64,000 nt of DNA from Candidatus Binatia bacterium (GTDB taxonomy: Bacteria; Desulfobacterota; Binatia; Bin18), in the NCBI GenBank assembly GCA_963666315.2, contig CAXXHG010000047.1, positions 100,525 to 164,524 of the forward strand, read 5' to 3'. Each line of letters starts with the position of its first letter. Position 1 is the first letter of the stretch. The position numbers and the translations under genes were made by a program. The notes under the pieces were generated by a model. That model was not told the DNA's origin, did no database searches, and worked only from the letters and a program-made list of their open reading frames with translations. Shown here in pieces: positions 28,977 to 37,811 of the stretch.

Positions 28977-30263
28977 TCACACGTCCCACTCCGCATACAG
29001 CGAACCCGGGCCGCGAAAAGAAACGTTGGGCACATAGTGCAATGTCTGTCCGGGCACCAAGCGCAGACTCGGTAGTCGGGTACTCAATTCTTCAAGGACA
29101 AGGCGGACTTCGAGTCGTGCCAGGGGTGCGCCTAAACACAGGTGCGCGCCATGTCCAAACGCCAGGTGGTCTTTGGCGTTTGCGCGCCGAATATCAAAAC
29201 GGTCAGGTTCAGGAAAGATTTCCGGATCACGGTTGGCCGAGCCGAGCAGGAGCAGCAATTTCGCCTGGGCCGGAACCGGGACGCCTCCAATCTCGACGGC
29301 CTGGGTGGTTTGTCTCCGCCAGGTGATGACAGACGAATCGATTCGCAGCACTTCTTCGATGGCATTCGGAATACGTGCCGCGTCGTCACAAATCTCCTCC
29401 CAGGCGTGGCGATGCGAGAGGAGTTGGTAGAACGTATTTCCCAGCAGATTGGTTGTGGTTTCATGTCCGGCTAAGAGCAGACCAAAGATGATCGTGGCCA
29501 CCTCTTGCGCATTGAGCGCCGGCATGCCTCCATCCCGTGCCTGGATCAGATCACTCGTAAAATCGTCGCGCGGCTCGTGGCTGCGTTGTCTGACTAATTC
29601 TTCGGCGTAACGCCAAAAGGTCGCCAAGCCGTGGGCTAAGCTGGACTGCTCTGCATCTGTCGGACGCCCAAACATAAACAGGAGTCGGCTCTGTGAGCCG
29701 GCTTTGACCCGGGCAACATCTTCATCCGGTACCCCCAGGACGCGGAAGATGACGCGCGCGGGCAGCTCCCAGGCAAAGTCGCGCACCAGGTCGGCCCGCC
29801 CGCTGGACAGCCGCTGGGTGATAAACTGCACAGTCAGGTCGCGCACAAACGGTTCCATCGCCGCCACTCGGCGCGGCGTAAACGCGATATTGGCTAACCG
29901 CCGCGCGCGGGTATGCGCCGGTGGATCGGTGTTCGTCAACGTGGGAACCGGTCGGAAGCCGCCCGCGGACAGTTGCCGCGTAGCAGCCGGACAGACCGGT
30001 CGAATCGGGTCCAAGGCGTTGACAGCAGAAAACAGTTTGGGGCTCTGGAAGATGCGCCGGATATCGCTATGGCGCGTGACCAGCCAATAGCCCAGATCAG
30101 CGCTATACAAGACGGCTGCGGCCGTCCGCGCTGCGCTGAAGTAAGGATATGGGTCGGCAAGATAGGCGTCGCTAAATGGGTCAAAGGCTCGAAGCTGCTG
30201 CTGGAGGTCGGCGGGACGGTCTCTTTCCTGGCACGTGCCTGCGTGCTGAGTAGTGTGAGTCAT
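28977..30263 (-). CDS. Cytochrome P450, CYP116-like stand-alone heme domain
   Basis: AGHETT I-helix, EEVLR, FGHGAHLCLG heme Cys; LGYWLVTR and SVITWRR segments resemble CYP116. Confidence 0.92.
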   Translation of the reverse strand: MTHTTQHAGTCQERDRPADLQQQLRAFDPFSDAYLADPYPYFSAARTAAAVLYSADLGYWLVTRHSDIRRIFQSPKLFSAVNALDPIRPVCPAATRQLSAGGFRPVPTLTNTDPPAHTRARRLANIAFTPRRVAAMEPFVRDLTVQFITQRLSSGRADLVRDFAWELPARVIFRVLGVPDEDVARVKAGSQSRLLFMFGRPTDAEQSSLAHGLATFWRYAEELVRQRSHEPRDDFTSDLIQARDGGMPALNAQEVATIIFGLLLAGHETTTNLLGNTFYQLLSHRHAWEEICDDAARIPNAIEEVLRIDSSVITWRRQTTQAVEIGGVPVPAQAKLLLLLGSANRDPEIFPEPDRFDIRRANAKDHLAFGHGAHLCLGAPLARLEVRLVLEELSTRLPSLRLVPGQTLHYVPNVSFRGPGSLYAEWDV

Positions 30264-30910
30264 GCGACCTCCTCATTGCTGCATTCCGTCAGTATGTCAT
30301 ACAGCGATGTGCGTACGGCTCTCGAAACGATCGTCACAAGTTGCCGTTCGCTCAGATCTCCCGGCTCGACTTGCCTGGATACAAACACCCCATCCAGCAG
30401 CATCATCACCAGATAGGCCAGCTGGCGTGCGTTGGCTCGGCGGCGCGTACTATCTTCGAGAGGAATACATTGTTCAAGTCGACGGACCAATGTGTCCCGC
30501 GCCTGCTTACGAGCCCGCTGAGCAGCGGCAAGGATCTCCGGGTCTCCGTCCCGACGCTCCAAGGAGAGCACTAGCAGCAAGCGCAAAAACTCCGGCCGCG
30601 CGCTGATACTAGCGGTCCAGCGCTGCAGGGCCCTTTCCATGTGGGCTGGGCTGTCCGTTGGCGCTGGCTCTGATTCAGTCGCAAACCAGCGCTCGGCCGC
30701 GCGCTCCATGACTGCGGCCAGCAAACCTTCTTTGCTGCCAAAGGCCCAGTAGATCGACGCCGGCTGGACGCCGGCCACCGTGCTGATCTTGGCAATGCTG
30801 GTGGCTGAATAGCCGTTGCTGGCAATGAGATCTAAGGCTGCGTCGAGTATGCGCTGGCGTGTCTCCGCGCCCTCGCGATACCGTCCCACCTTTTTTGTTG
30901 CACACTGCAC
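30260..30910 (-). CDS. TetR/AcrR family transcriptional regulator
   Basis: TRQRILDAALDLIASNGYSATSIAKIS..AGV..ASIYWAFGSKEGLL; stop overlaps the P450 start (ATGA). Confidence 0.93.
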   Translation of the reverse strand: MQCATKKVGRYREGAETRQRILDAALDLIASNGYSATSIAKISTVAGVQPASIYWAFGSKEGLLAAVMERAAERWFATESEPAPTDSPAHMERALQRWTASISARPEFLRLLLVLSLERRDGDPEILAAAQRARKQARDTLVRRLEQCIPLEDSTRRRANARQLAYLVMMLLDGVFVSRQVEPGDLSERQLVTIVSRAVRTSLYDILTECSNEEVA

Positions 30911-30963
30911 GCCGACCGCCTTTAAGGCTGGTGGATTAGATTTAAGCCAATCTATGGCTCATT

Positions 30964-30991
30964 ACTAGAACGATCATTCTAGTTTTGTCAA
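30964..30991 (-). promoter_or_regulatory. Candidate TetR operator and -35 box of the P450/hydroquinone operon
   Basis: ACTAGAA-N6-TTCTAGT at 30964-30983; TTGACA on the minus strand at 30986-30991. Confidence 0.6.
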
Positions 30992-31069
30992 GGGAAATCT
31001 TCTTATTACGATAAGGGTGAGCGAGAATGGGCGTGTGTGGATAGCCCCGTTCGTGCTGAGGAAAATCCC

Positions 31070-31099
31070 GTAGGTCGGATTAGCGGAGCGTAATCCGAC
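31070..31099 (+). repeat. GTAG-family REP hairpin
   Basis: 31066-31102 is identical over 37 bp to 2222-2258. Confidence 0.88.
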
Positions 31100-31273
31100 A
31101 CCACAAGGCTGAACTAACCCGAGACCTCAATACTGCTCCTAATAGCTTGTGACTACTGCTCTTTCTCGGCCCGTCGTTTTTGGATGGGGTTGCAAAAAAG
31201 CAGGATATTTTGAGATGTATTCTATCTCTCGTCGACTATTGGCAAGCGGTTCGGACAGGCAGGACAGGAGAGG

Positions 31274-31532
31274 AGCATCGCGATCCAAGGTGAAGTAATT
31301 GGGTCCGCCAAAGGGATCCTGGAGCGGAATGTATTTGACGATTAGGGTTACGCGCTGAGCCGCAATGCCGTTCGTATTCATAGCTGCGGAACATATAGAA
31401 GTCGGTGGCGTCGACCTTAGGATGCACGGCCACGAACGGCGCCTCACGGTGGCTAGAGGCCCAGACTGACGTTGCGCCTGCAAGAACGATGCCCATGCTG
31501 TAGACTAGTCGCCAAGCGGCTCGCAGATACAT
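31274..31532 (-). pseudogene. DUF4331 family protein, N-terminal remnant
   Basis: Signal peptide then ASSHREAP....PKVDATDFYMFRSYE; continues in another frame as VTLIVKYIPLQDPFGGPNYF, then similarity is lost. Confidence 0.8.
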
Positions 31533-31834
31533 ATTCCCCCTTCTTTCGCCGTGTCCGGTCTGGAGGCCGGCTTGTGCCTGGACGTCCCTATTGCCCCAGG
31601 ATTTTCACTCATGACAATCGCGTGTTGGATCAAGACTCCTACAGCGAATAAAACCGAAGCGATGATAGAGTAACTCCCGACTAGAAATCTAGGTTGGGGA
31701 TCTGTTACATCCGTTAGGAATAAGGAGGTCTGTTTTATGCCAGGCCCGTTTTCTGGAGACTCCAGAGCTCCTGTTCCGAACGAAACACCAGCATGAAATA
31801 GAAAAATTCTCATACAAGAAAGGACTAGACCCCT

Positions 31835-32986
31835 ATGCTGAGCGAGCAAATAGGACCGATTGTCGATGCCGATGGGCATGTTTTAGAGCCCTTGGATACG
31901 TGGCAGAAATATATTGACCCACAATATCGGGACCGGGCCGTACGCTTGGAACACGACGACAATGGCTGGGAGTTGTTGCTGATAGACAATAAGCCGTGTG
32001 AAGTCGTCCGCGGTACGCTGGGCGCTATCGGTGGCGTGGGCGCTGATGCCGAAGAGCTTGCCGCGTTCTTTACGCCGGGCAAGCGGACGTATGCCGACGG
32101 TGCTCCCCTGGGGAGTTACGATCCTACGGCGCGCATTCAAGTGATGGATGAGGAGCAGATCGATATTGCGCTGCTCTACCCGACTATAGGGATTTTCTGG
32201 GAAGGCTGGGTGCATGAGGCCAAGCTGGCCTCGGCCTATACCAGGGCGTATAACCGCTGGATTATCGACTTCTGCAGCGACCATCCCAAGCGCCTGTTTC
32301 CGGTCGCTCATGTTTCCTTGCTCGATCCGGAAGGGGCGGTCGCAGAGGTTCAATGGGCCAAAGAGCAGGGCTGTGTGGGCGTGTATCTCTCTCCGGATAT
32401 GCCGGCGCGGGGCGGCAAGCATTTTGACGATCCGGCTTTTGTGCGTTTTTGGGAGACGGTGCAAGACTTAAAAATGCCGATCGGCCTTCATGTCGTCGTA
32501 CGCGATCAACCTTCGTTTCAAGAGTGGATCGGACCCGGTGCCGAATTCGGGTTGTTCAGTTTCGCCTTTCTGGCCATTGATGTCATGGCCGCGTTTACGC
32601 AGATGATGTCGCTCGGCATGTTTGAAAAGTATCCGCGTCTGCAATGCACCATCCTGGAAACCGGGGCGAACTGGATCTCCGCCTGGCTTGACCGACTCGA
32701 TCACAAGTATCGCCCCATGGCCAGCCGGACCAGCCTGAAGATGCTCCCGAGTGAGTATTTCTACCGGCAATGCCTGGTGTCAGTGGACCCGGACGAGACT
32801 CTGACTGCCCAGGTCATCGAACATATTGGAGCCGACTATTTTCTGTGGGCGTCGGACTATCCGCATATTGATGCGGACTTTGGCGTGGTGAGAGAACTCA
32901 AGGAACGCATTGCGCCCTTGCCCCAGGCAGACCAATACAAAGTACTGGGTGAGAACGCCATTCGCTTCTATGGTCTGGACGTCTAG
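31835..32986 (+). CDS. Amidohydrolase_2 family protein
   Basis: VDADGHVLEP, R...MDEE.ID..LLYPT, RAYNRW, ILETGA.W, WASDYPH.D. Confidence 0.92.
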   Translation: MLSEQIGPIVDADGHVLEPLDTWQKYIDPQYRDRAVRLEHDDNGWELLLIDNKPCEVVRGTLGAIGGVGADAEELAAFFTPGKRTYADGAPLGSYDPTARIQVMDEEQIDIALLYPTIGIFWEGWVHEAKLASAYTRAYNRWIIDFCSDHPKRLFPVAHVSLLDPEGAVAEVQWAKEQGCVGVYLSPDMPARGGKHFDDPAFVRFWETVQDLKMPIGLHVVVRDQPSFQEWIGPGAEFGLFSFAFLAIDVMAAFTQMMSLGMFEKYPRLQCTILETGANWISAWLDRLDHKYRPMASRTSLKMLPSEYFYRQCLVSVDPDETLTAQVIEHIGADYFLWASDYPHIDADFGVVRELKERIAPLPQADQYKVLGENAIRFYGLDV

Positions 32987-33006
32987 TGCCTAAGCAGAGG
33001 AAAATA

Positions 33007-34953
33007 ATGCGTGAACACAATACAAAAGACGGTCAAGAGGAAGCGCTAGACTTCGCCCAAGCCATTACCACCGCGAACATCCCGACGCTGCTGATGGTCT
33101 TGGTGCAGTTCACTGGTGAGCTGCATTGGTTGGCAGAGCCCTACCGTTGCTCTCGTGCCCGAGGCCTGGGTGATAATGACACGGGCGGGCTTTCTGCCGA
33201 GCTCCAACAGGAGATTCGTCAGGCCGCGCTCGGGGCGATCTTGGCCTGGCGGGCGGGTAAGCCGGTGGCCATTCCTGAGCCCTCTTCGGAACTGCGGCTC
33301 AAGATGCTGAGTTGGGCGATGGCCGAGAAAGTCCCAGCCGAATATGATCCGATCATCGCAGCAGAACTGGCTGCTTCATCCGACAACGGCGACAATGGCA
33401 CCCACAAGCTGCCCGTCCCTGACGGATTCGAAATCCTCATTATCGGGGCTGGTGTCTCCGGCATGTGTACGGCGATCAACCTCCAGCGGGCGGGGATTCC
33501 TTTCACCATATTAGAAAAAAGCGCCGGCTTGGGCGGGACGTGGCGCGACAACCATTATCCTGGGGCGGGTGTGGATACCCCCAACCATTTGTACTCGTTT
33601 TCCTTTGCGCCCTACGATTGGTCGATGTATTTTGCCTTGCGGGACGAACTCAAAGCCTATCTGGAGCACGTGGCCGATCAGTTCAAGCTGAGACCCCATA
33701 TCCGCTTCGAGACTGAAGTCGAGTCTGCGGACTATAATAACGAGACCCAGCAGTGGATGGTCGCGGTGAAGCAGGCCGATGGCTCGTCTCAGACCCTGCG
33801 ATCCAACGTCCTCATCAGTGCGGTGGGCATTTTTAATCCGATGAAACTGCCCAATATCAAAGGGCTGGATCGTTTCGCTGGTCCATCCTTCCATACCGCC
33901 GAGTGGCCCGCTGACCTCGACCTCAGCGGCAAACGGGTGGTGATGATCGGCAACGGTGCAAGTGCTCTGCAGGTTGGTCCCGAGATCCAGCATAGAGTGG
34001 CGTCGCTCACCATCTTCCAGAAATCGGCGCAGTGGATAGCCCCGAATGAGAAGTTCCGCAAGCCGATCCCGGACCCGATGCGTTTCATGCTGCGCGAGGT
34101 GCCCTTGTACCGGATCTGGTACCGTCTGCGCTTGGGCTGGACGTTTGGCGACCGGGTCCACGCGACCTTACAGAAGGACCCGAACTGGCAGTATGCCGAC
34201 CGGTCGCTCAACAAGGTCAACGATTCGCATCGCGGCTATTTCACTCACTATATTGTCTCAGAGATCGACGACAAAACCGAGCTGCTGGATCAAGTTGTGC
34301 CGACCTATCCGCCGTTCGGCAAACGCATGCTGATGGATAACGGCTGGTACCGCATGCTGCACAACGAAAAGGTGGAGCTCGTCTCGAACCCCATTGTTGA
34401 GATCGGCTCTGATCGGGTTATCACCGAAGACGGCACTGAGTATGAAGTCGACGTACTAATCATTGCCACGGGTTTCGATGTCCTCCGATTCCTCACCTCC
34501 TTTGAAGCCCGCGGGCGCTCGGGTCGCAGTCTGCGCGAAGTCTGGGATGATGATAACGCGCGCGCCTATCTCGGTCTCACCGTACCTGATTTCCCCAATT
34601 TCTTTTGTTTGTACGGCCCCAACCTGCAGCCCGGCCACGGGGGAAGTTTTATGTTCATCGCTGAGATGCAGGTACGCTATATCATGGACATGTTGAAGAA
34701 GATGTTGGTCCAGGAGCTCGGCTCGGTCGAATGTCGCCAGGACGTGCACGACGCCTACAACGAGCGTATTGACCAAGCGCATGAAAAGATGGTCTGGACG
34801 CACCCCGGGATGGAGACCTATTACCGGAATGCACGGGGGCGGGTGGTTGTGAACTCTCCGTATCGCAATGCCACATACTACGACATGACGCACACGGCAA
34901 ACTTAGCCGACTTTCTTGTCGAGCCGCGTCATTCACAACCAGCACAACCATAA
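33007..34953 (+). CDS. Baeyer-Villiger monooxygenase, 4-hydroxyacetophenone monooxygenase (HAPMO)-like
   Basis: GAGVSG, GGTW..N.YPG..VDTP, FAGPSFHTAEWP (type I BVMO fingerprint), GNGAS, P.YPPFGKRML.DNG; ~140-aa N-terminal extension (ANIPTLLMVLVQFTG) as in HAPMO-type enzymes. Confidence 0.88.
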   Translation: MREHNTKDGQEEALDFAQAITTANIPTLLMVLVQFTGELHWLAEPYRCSRARGLGDNDTGGLSAELQQEIRQAALGAILAWRAGKPVAIPEPSSELRLKMLSWAMAEKVPAEYDPIIAAELAASSDNGDNGTHKLPVPDGFEILIIGAGVSGMCTAINLQRAGIPFTILEKSAGLGGTWRDNHYPGAGVDTPNHLYSFSFAPYDWSMYFALRDELKAYLEHVADQFKLRPHIRFETEVESADYNNETQQWMVAVKQADGSSQTLRSNVLISAVGIFNPMKLPNIKGLDRFAGPSFHTAEWPADLDLSGKRVVMIGNGASALQVGPEIQHRVASLTIFQKSAQWIAPNEKFRKPIPDPMRFMLREVPLYRIWYRLRLGWTFGDRVHATLQKDPNWQYADRSLNKVNDSHRGYFTHYIVSEIDDKTELLDQVVPTYPPFGKRMLMDNGWYRMLHNEKVELVSNPIVEIGSDRVITEDGTEYEVDVLIIATGFDVLRFLTSFEARGRSGRSLREVWDDDNARAYLGLTVPDFPNFFCLYGPNLQPGHGGSFMFIAEMQVRYIMDMLKKMLVQELGSVECRQDVHDAYNERIDQAHEKMVWTHPGMETYYRNARGRVVVNSPYRNATYYDMTHTANLADFLVEPRHSQPAQP

Positions 34954-34966
34954 GGAGGTGTATTGT

Positions 34967-35383
34967 ATGCTAGTCCCGTTTTCTGGTGGCTGCGCCTGTG
35001 GCGCGATTCGTTATACCTGTGCGGCTGAACCCAGTTATATGGGCAACTGTCATTGTCGCGATTGTCAACGTGCAACGGGCAGTGCCTATTTTGCGGCGGT
35101 ATTGGTGAAAGAGACGGACTTCTCGCTCACCAGCGGCGAGCCTACTTGGTATGAAAAACCGGCTGATAGAGGCCATCCCATGCGCCGCGCGTTCTGCCCC
35201 AGCTGTGGCTCACCGGTCTTGTTAATTAACGGCGCGCGCACGGAATTTATCGTATTGTATGCGGGTAGTTTAGACGATCCAAGCTGGTATCAGCCTGACC
35301 GGGATATTTATGTCGCCAGTGCGCAGCCGTGGGATATCATGCACCCAGATATCCCCAAAGTGGACGGGATGCCGGAGCTGTAG
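34967..35383 (+). CDS. GFA family (Zn-binding) protein
   Basis: GGCACGAIRY...CHCRDCQRATGS...FCPSCGS; RBS AGGAGG. Confidence 0.93.
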   Translation: MLVPFSGGCACGAIRYTCAAEPSYMGNCHCRDCQRATGSAYFAAVLVKETDFSLTSGEPTWYEKPADRGHPMRRAFCPSCGSPVLLINGARTEFIVLYAGSLDDPSWYQPDRDIYVASAQPWDIMHPDIPKVDGMPEL

Positions 35384-35401
35384 AAATTTACGTACAGGAA
35401 T

Positions 35402-35424
35402 TTGACAATCCGTCGCAAACGGAT
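35402..35424 (+). promoter_or_regulatory. Candidate promoter/dyad upstream of the merR-family gene
   Basis: TTGACA followed by ATCCGT-N5-ACGGAT. Confidence 0.35.
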
Positions 35425-35470
35425 GGAAAACCTGTTCCCGCACGTCTACCGGAGTGCTAGCTTGTCCAGC

Positions 35471-35899
35471 ATGGCTATATTCCACACGATTGGACGGGTC
35501 GCACGAGAGGCCGGAGTGCCGGCCTCTACGGTCCGTTATTATGAGCACATAGGGCTTCTCCACGCCGACGGACGGACGGGTGGCAATTATCGTTTTTATA
35601 GCGCGACTGCCTTGGAACGGCTGCGTTTTATCCGCGCGGCGCAGGCAAGCGGCTTTACCCTTGATGATGTGACCGTGTTGCTCAACCTACGTGACGGCGA
35701 AAGCGCGCCGTGCCAAGAAGTACAGTCGCTCATTGAAGACCGCCTGAGCGACACCGCCCAACGCCTCAAAGACCTCCAGCACGTACAACGGGTGCTCAAG
35801 TCTTCACTCAAATTATGTCGGGAAGTCGAGGCTTCCGACCACTGTCACGTCATAGACGACCTGACTGAGGTTTCTTCGGTCTCCGCATCTCCCGCCTAA
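35471..35899 (+). CDS. MerR family heavy-metal-responsive regulator
   Basis: TIGRVAREAGV..STVRYYE..GLL...RT.GNYRFY; three Cys (PCQEV and C-X8-C) as in divalent-metal/Hg sensors. Confidence 0.93.
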   Translation: MAIFHTIGRVAREAGVPASTVRYYEHIGLLHADGRTGGNYRFYSATALERLRFIRAAQASGFTLDDVTVLLNLRDGESAPCQEVQSLIEDRLSDTAQRLKDLQHVQRVLKSSLKLCREVEASDHCHVIDDLTEVSSVSASPA

Positions 35900-36056
35900 A
35901 AATTTGTTAGAAGCTGGTGGAAAATTGTCGCGAGCGCAGGGAGAACGAGGCGTGAGGGGACGAGAAACCGGAGGGTACAGACCGGTACAGGAGGATTTCG
36001 AGTCACCGCACAACGCCAATATCTCAAGCGTAGTAGATTTTCAACAGCTTCTCTAC

Positions 36057-36088
36057 TTGACCTTACGCCTAGGTGCGAGGTGTAGACT
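36057..36088 (+). promoter_or_regulatory. MerR-type promoter with elongated spacer and dyad
   Basis: TTGACC-N20-TAGACT; imperfect 22-bp dyad ACCTTACGCCTAGGTGCGAGGT at 36060-36081. Confidence 0.75.
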
Positions 36089-36120
36089 TCTCTTTATACC
36101 GAAACGAAAGGAGGCTGAGG

Positions 36121-36426
36121 GTGCGCATTCAGGTGCTTTATTTCGAGGGGTGTCCGAACCATGCGCCGACCGTAGCGCTGGCGCGGGATGTCATTGCCGA
36201 CCTTGGACTCGAAGCCGAGATTGAGGAAATCGAGGTCACGCAGCCCGATGACGCCGAACGTCTCCGGTTTTTCGGCTCGCCTACGGTTCAGGTCAACGGA
36301 GTTGACATCGACGCCAGCGCGGCCTCACGCTCGGACTACGGCATCAGCTGTCGCATGTATAACGGCTCGGGTATCCCGCCCCGCGACTGGCTTGTGACTG
36401 TTTGCCAAAAGCAGGGTAGCCGCTAA
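36121..36426 (+). CDS. Thioredoxin-like protein (DF/DUF2703-like family, Cys form)
   Basis: RBS then GTG 36121; LYFEGCPN, F.GSPTVQVNGVD, SCRMY. Confidence 0.8.
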   Translation: MRIQVLYFEGCPNHAPTVALARDVIADLGLEAEIEEIEVTQPDDAERLRFFGSPTVQVNGVDIDASAASRSDYGISCRMYNGSGIPPRDWLVTVCQKQGSR

Positions 36427-36458
36427 CAGGAGCAGCACAGCCATAAACAGGAGCTTGT

Positions 36459-37067
36459 ATGACCATGATTCCCCAAGGCGGCCCGATCCATCGATTCATT
36501 TTGCAGACCTTTGCAACAACGGGCCAGGCGCCGACCCTCGAAGCTATTCAGGCCCGGTTTGATTTAGCCAGCATAGACGAAGCTGACGCACGCCTCAGAG
36601 ACCTCGAAGAACGGGGCTGTATTCACCGCACAGCGGGTGACTGCCTGGTGACGCATGCCTATCCGTTTTCCAATGAGCCCACACCGCACCGCGTCTCCTT
36701 GGCCGATGGCCCACAGGTGTATGCTATGTGTGCAATCGATGCCCTAGGCATGCCGTTTATGCTCAAACGAGATGCGCAGATTCATTCCCTCTGCACCCAG
36801 TGTCAGGGCGAGGTGACGGTCCACATTCAGCATGAGCAGGTCATACAGCACAGCCCCGTAGGTCTGGTGGTCTGGTTTCCGACCGTGCAAGGCTCGTGTG
36901 TGGCCGCAACGGATTTATGTCCCTCGGTTAATTTTTTTTGCTCGGCCACACACCTCGACCAATGGTGTGCCGCCCATCGTCAGAACCAGGGCGAGCAAAT
37001 GAGCTTGGAGCTGGCAGTCGCCGGCGGACGCAACACTTTTGAGCCGCTGCTGCACGACGCGGCATGA
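36459..37067 (+). CDS. merB: Organomercurial lyase MerB-like protein
   Basis: N-terminal wHTH-like segment, AYPFS..PTPHRV, YAMCAIDALG (Cys96/Asp99 equivalents), LCPSVNFFCS (Cys159 equivalent). Confidence 0.8.
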   Translation: MTMIPQGGPIHRFILQTFATTGQAPTLEAIQARFDLASIDEADARLRDLEERGCIHRTAGDCLVTHAYPFSNEPTPHRVSLADGPQVYAMCAIDALGMPFMLKRDAQIHSLCTQCQGEVTVHIQHEQVIQHSPVGLVVWFPTVQGSCVAATDLCPSVNFFCSATHLDQWCAAHRQNQGEQMSLELAVAGGRNTFEPLLHDAA

Positions 37068-37080
37068 ACGGATACGAACT

Positions 37081-37440
37081 ATGGTACGTGGAGAAAAACT
37101 GCCCATGCAGAAAGGATTTCTGAGCACGCTCGGCTCGCTCATCCCGTCTTTTTTGGTGAGTACCTGCTGTCTTGGTCCCACTCTGTATGTGTTGTTCGGG
37201 GTGAGTGTGGGCGGGCTGAGTGTGTTTGCTCCGCTCGAACCCTACCGACCGGTGTTCATGCTCGGAGCCGTGGTGTTACTGGGTTATGCGTTTTATCATC
37301 TCTACGTGCGGCTGCCGACATTTGAATGTGTCGAGGACGGTCGCTCCCCACTCAAAACACAGCGTTTTTTGTTTTGGATGGCGAGCGTGTTGTTTATGCT
37401 TGCGGCCTTATACCCGGTGGTGCTACCACATTTCTTGTGA
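37081..37440 (+). CDS. merT: MerT family mercuric transporter
   Basis: STCCLGP, LEPYRPVF, three TM segments. Confidence 0.85.
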   Translation: MVRGEKLPMQKGFLSTLGSLIPSFLVSTCCLGPTLYVLFGVSVGGLSVFAPLEPYRPVFMLGAVVLLGYAFYHLYVRLPTFECVEDGRSPLKTQRFLFWMASVLFMLAALYPVVLPHFL

Positions 37441-37506
37441 TGACGAGTCAAGTTTCAAGTCAAGTTTCAAATTGGGTATAACTTTAACCAACGGGAGGAA
37501 GAGAAC

Positions 37507-37800
37507 GTGAAGAAATATATTGTAGCCGTCGCCGGCGTGTGTGCCTTGCTGCTGAGTGCGCCGAGCTGGGCAGGTGATCGAACCGTTGACCTCAAAGTTG
37601 GTGGTATGACGTGCGCGATGTGTGCCCCAGCCGCGGAGAAAGCCTTGAAAAAGGTGGACGGGGTCAAGTCGTGTGAGATACAGGGCGGTCAGGCCAGCGT
37701 GGTCGTGGCAGAGAACGTCAGAGACACGGACTTAGTACTAGCCATTGAGGGCGCGGGTTTCACCGCAACCGTGGTGAGCACCGCAACCGTGGTTAATTAA
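37507..37800 (+). CDS. MerP-like periplasmic HMA-domain protein
   Basis: Signal peptide, GMTCAMC, ALKKVDGV, AIEGAGF. Confidence 0.85.
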   Translation: MKKYIVAVAGVCALLLSAPSWAGDRTVDLKVGGMTCAMCAPAAEKALKKVDGVKSCEIQGGQASVVVAENVRDTDLVLAIEGAGFTATVVSTATVVN

Positions 37801-37811
37801 AACTAAGGGCG

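Noticed and set aside
31505-31879. 124-aa minus-strand ORF
   Set aside because: Overlaps the amidohydrolase start and its upstream region; no motif or clear RBS.
28977-34953. A complete bisphenol A degradation pathway (P450 > 4-hydroxyacetophenone > hydroquinone)
   Set aside because: The P450 looks CYP116-like, I cannot support orthology to BisdB, and no esterase or dedicated ferredoxin reductase is present; kept only as a substrate to test.
36121-37067. Selenoprotein forms of the Trx-like and MerB-like proteins
   Set aside because: The relevant positions are TGT Cys codons; there is no in-frame TGA.
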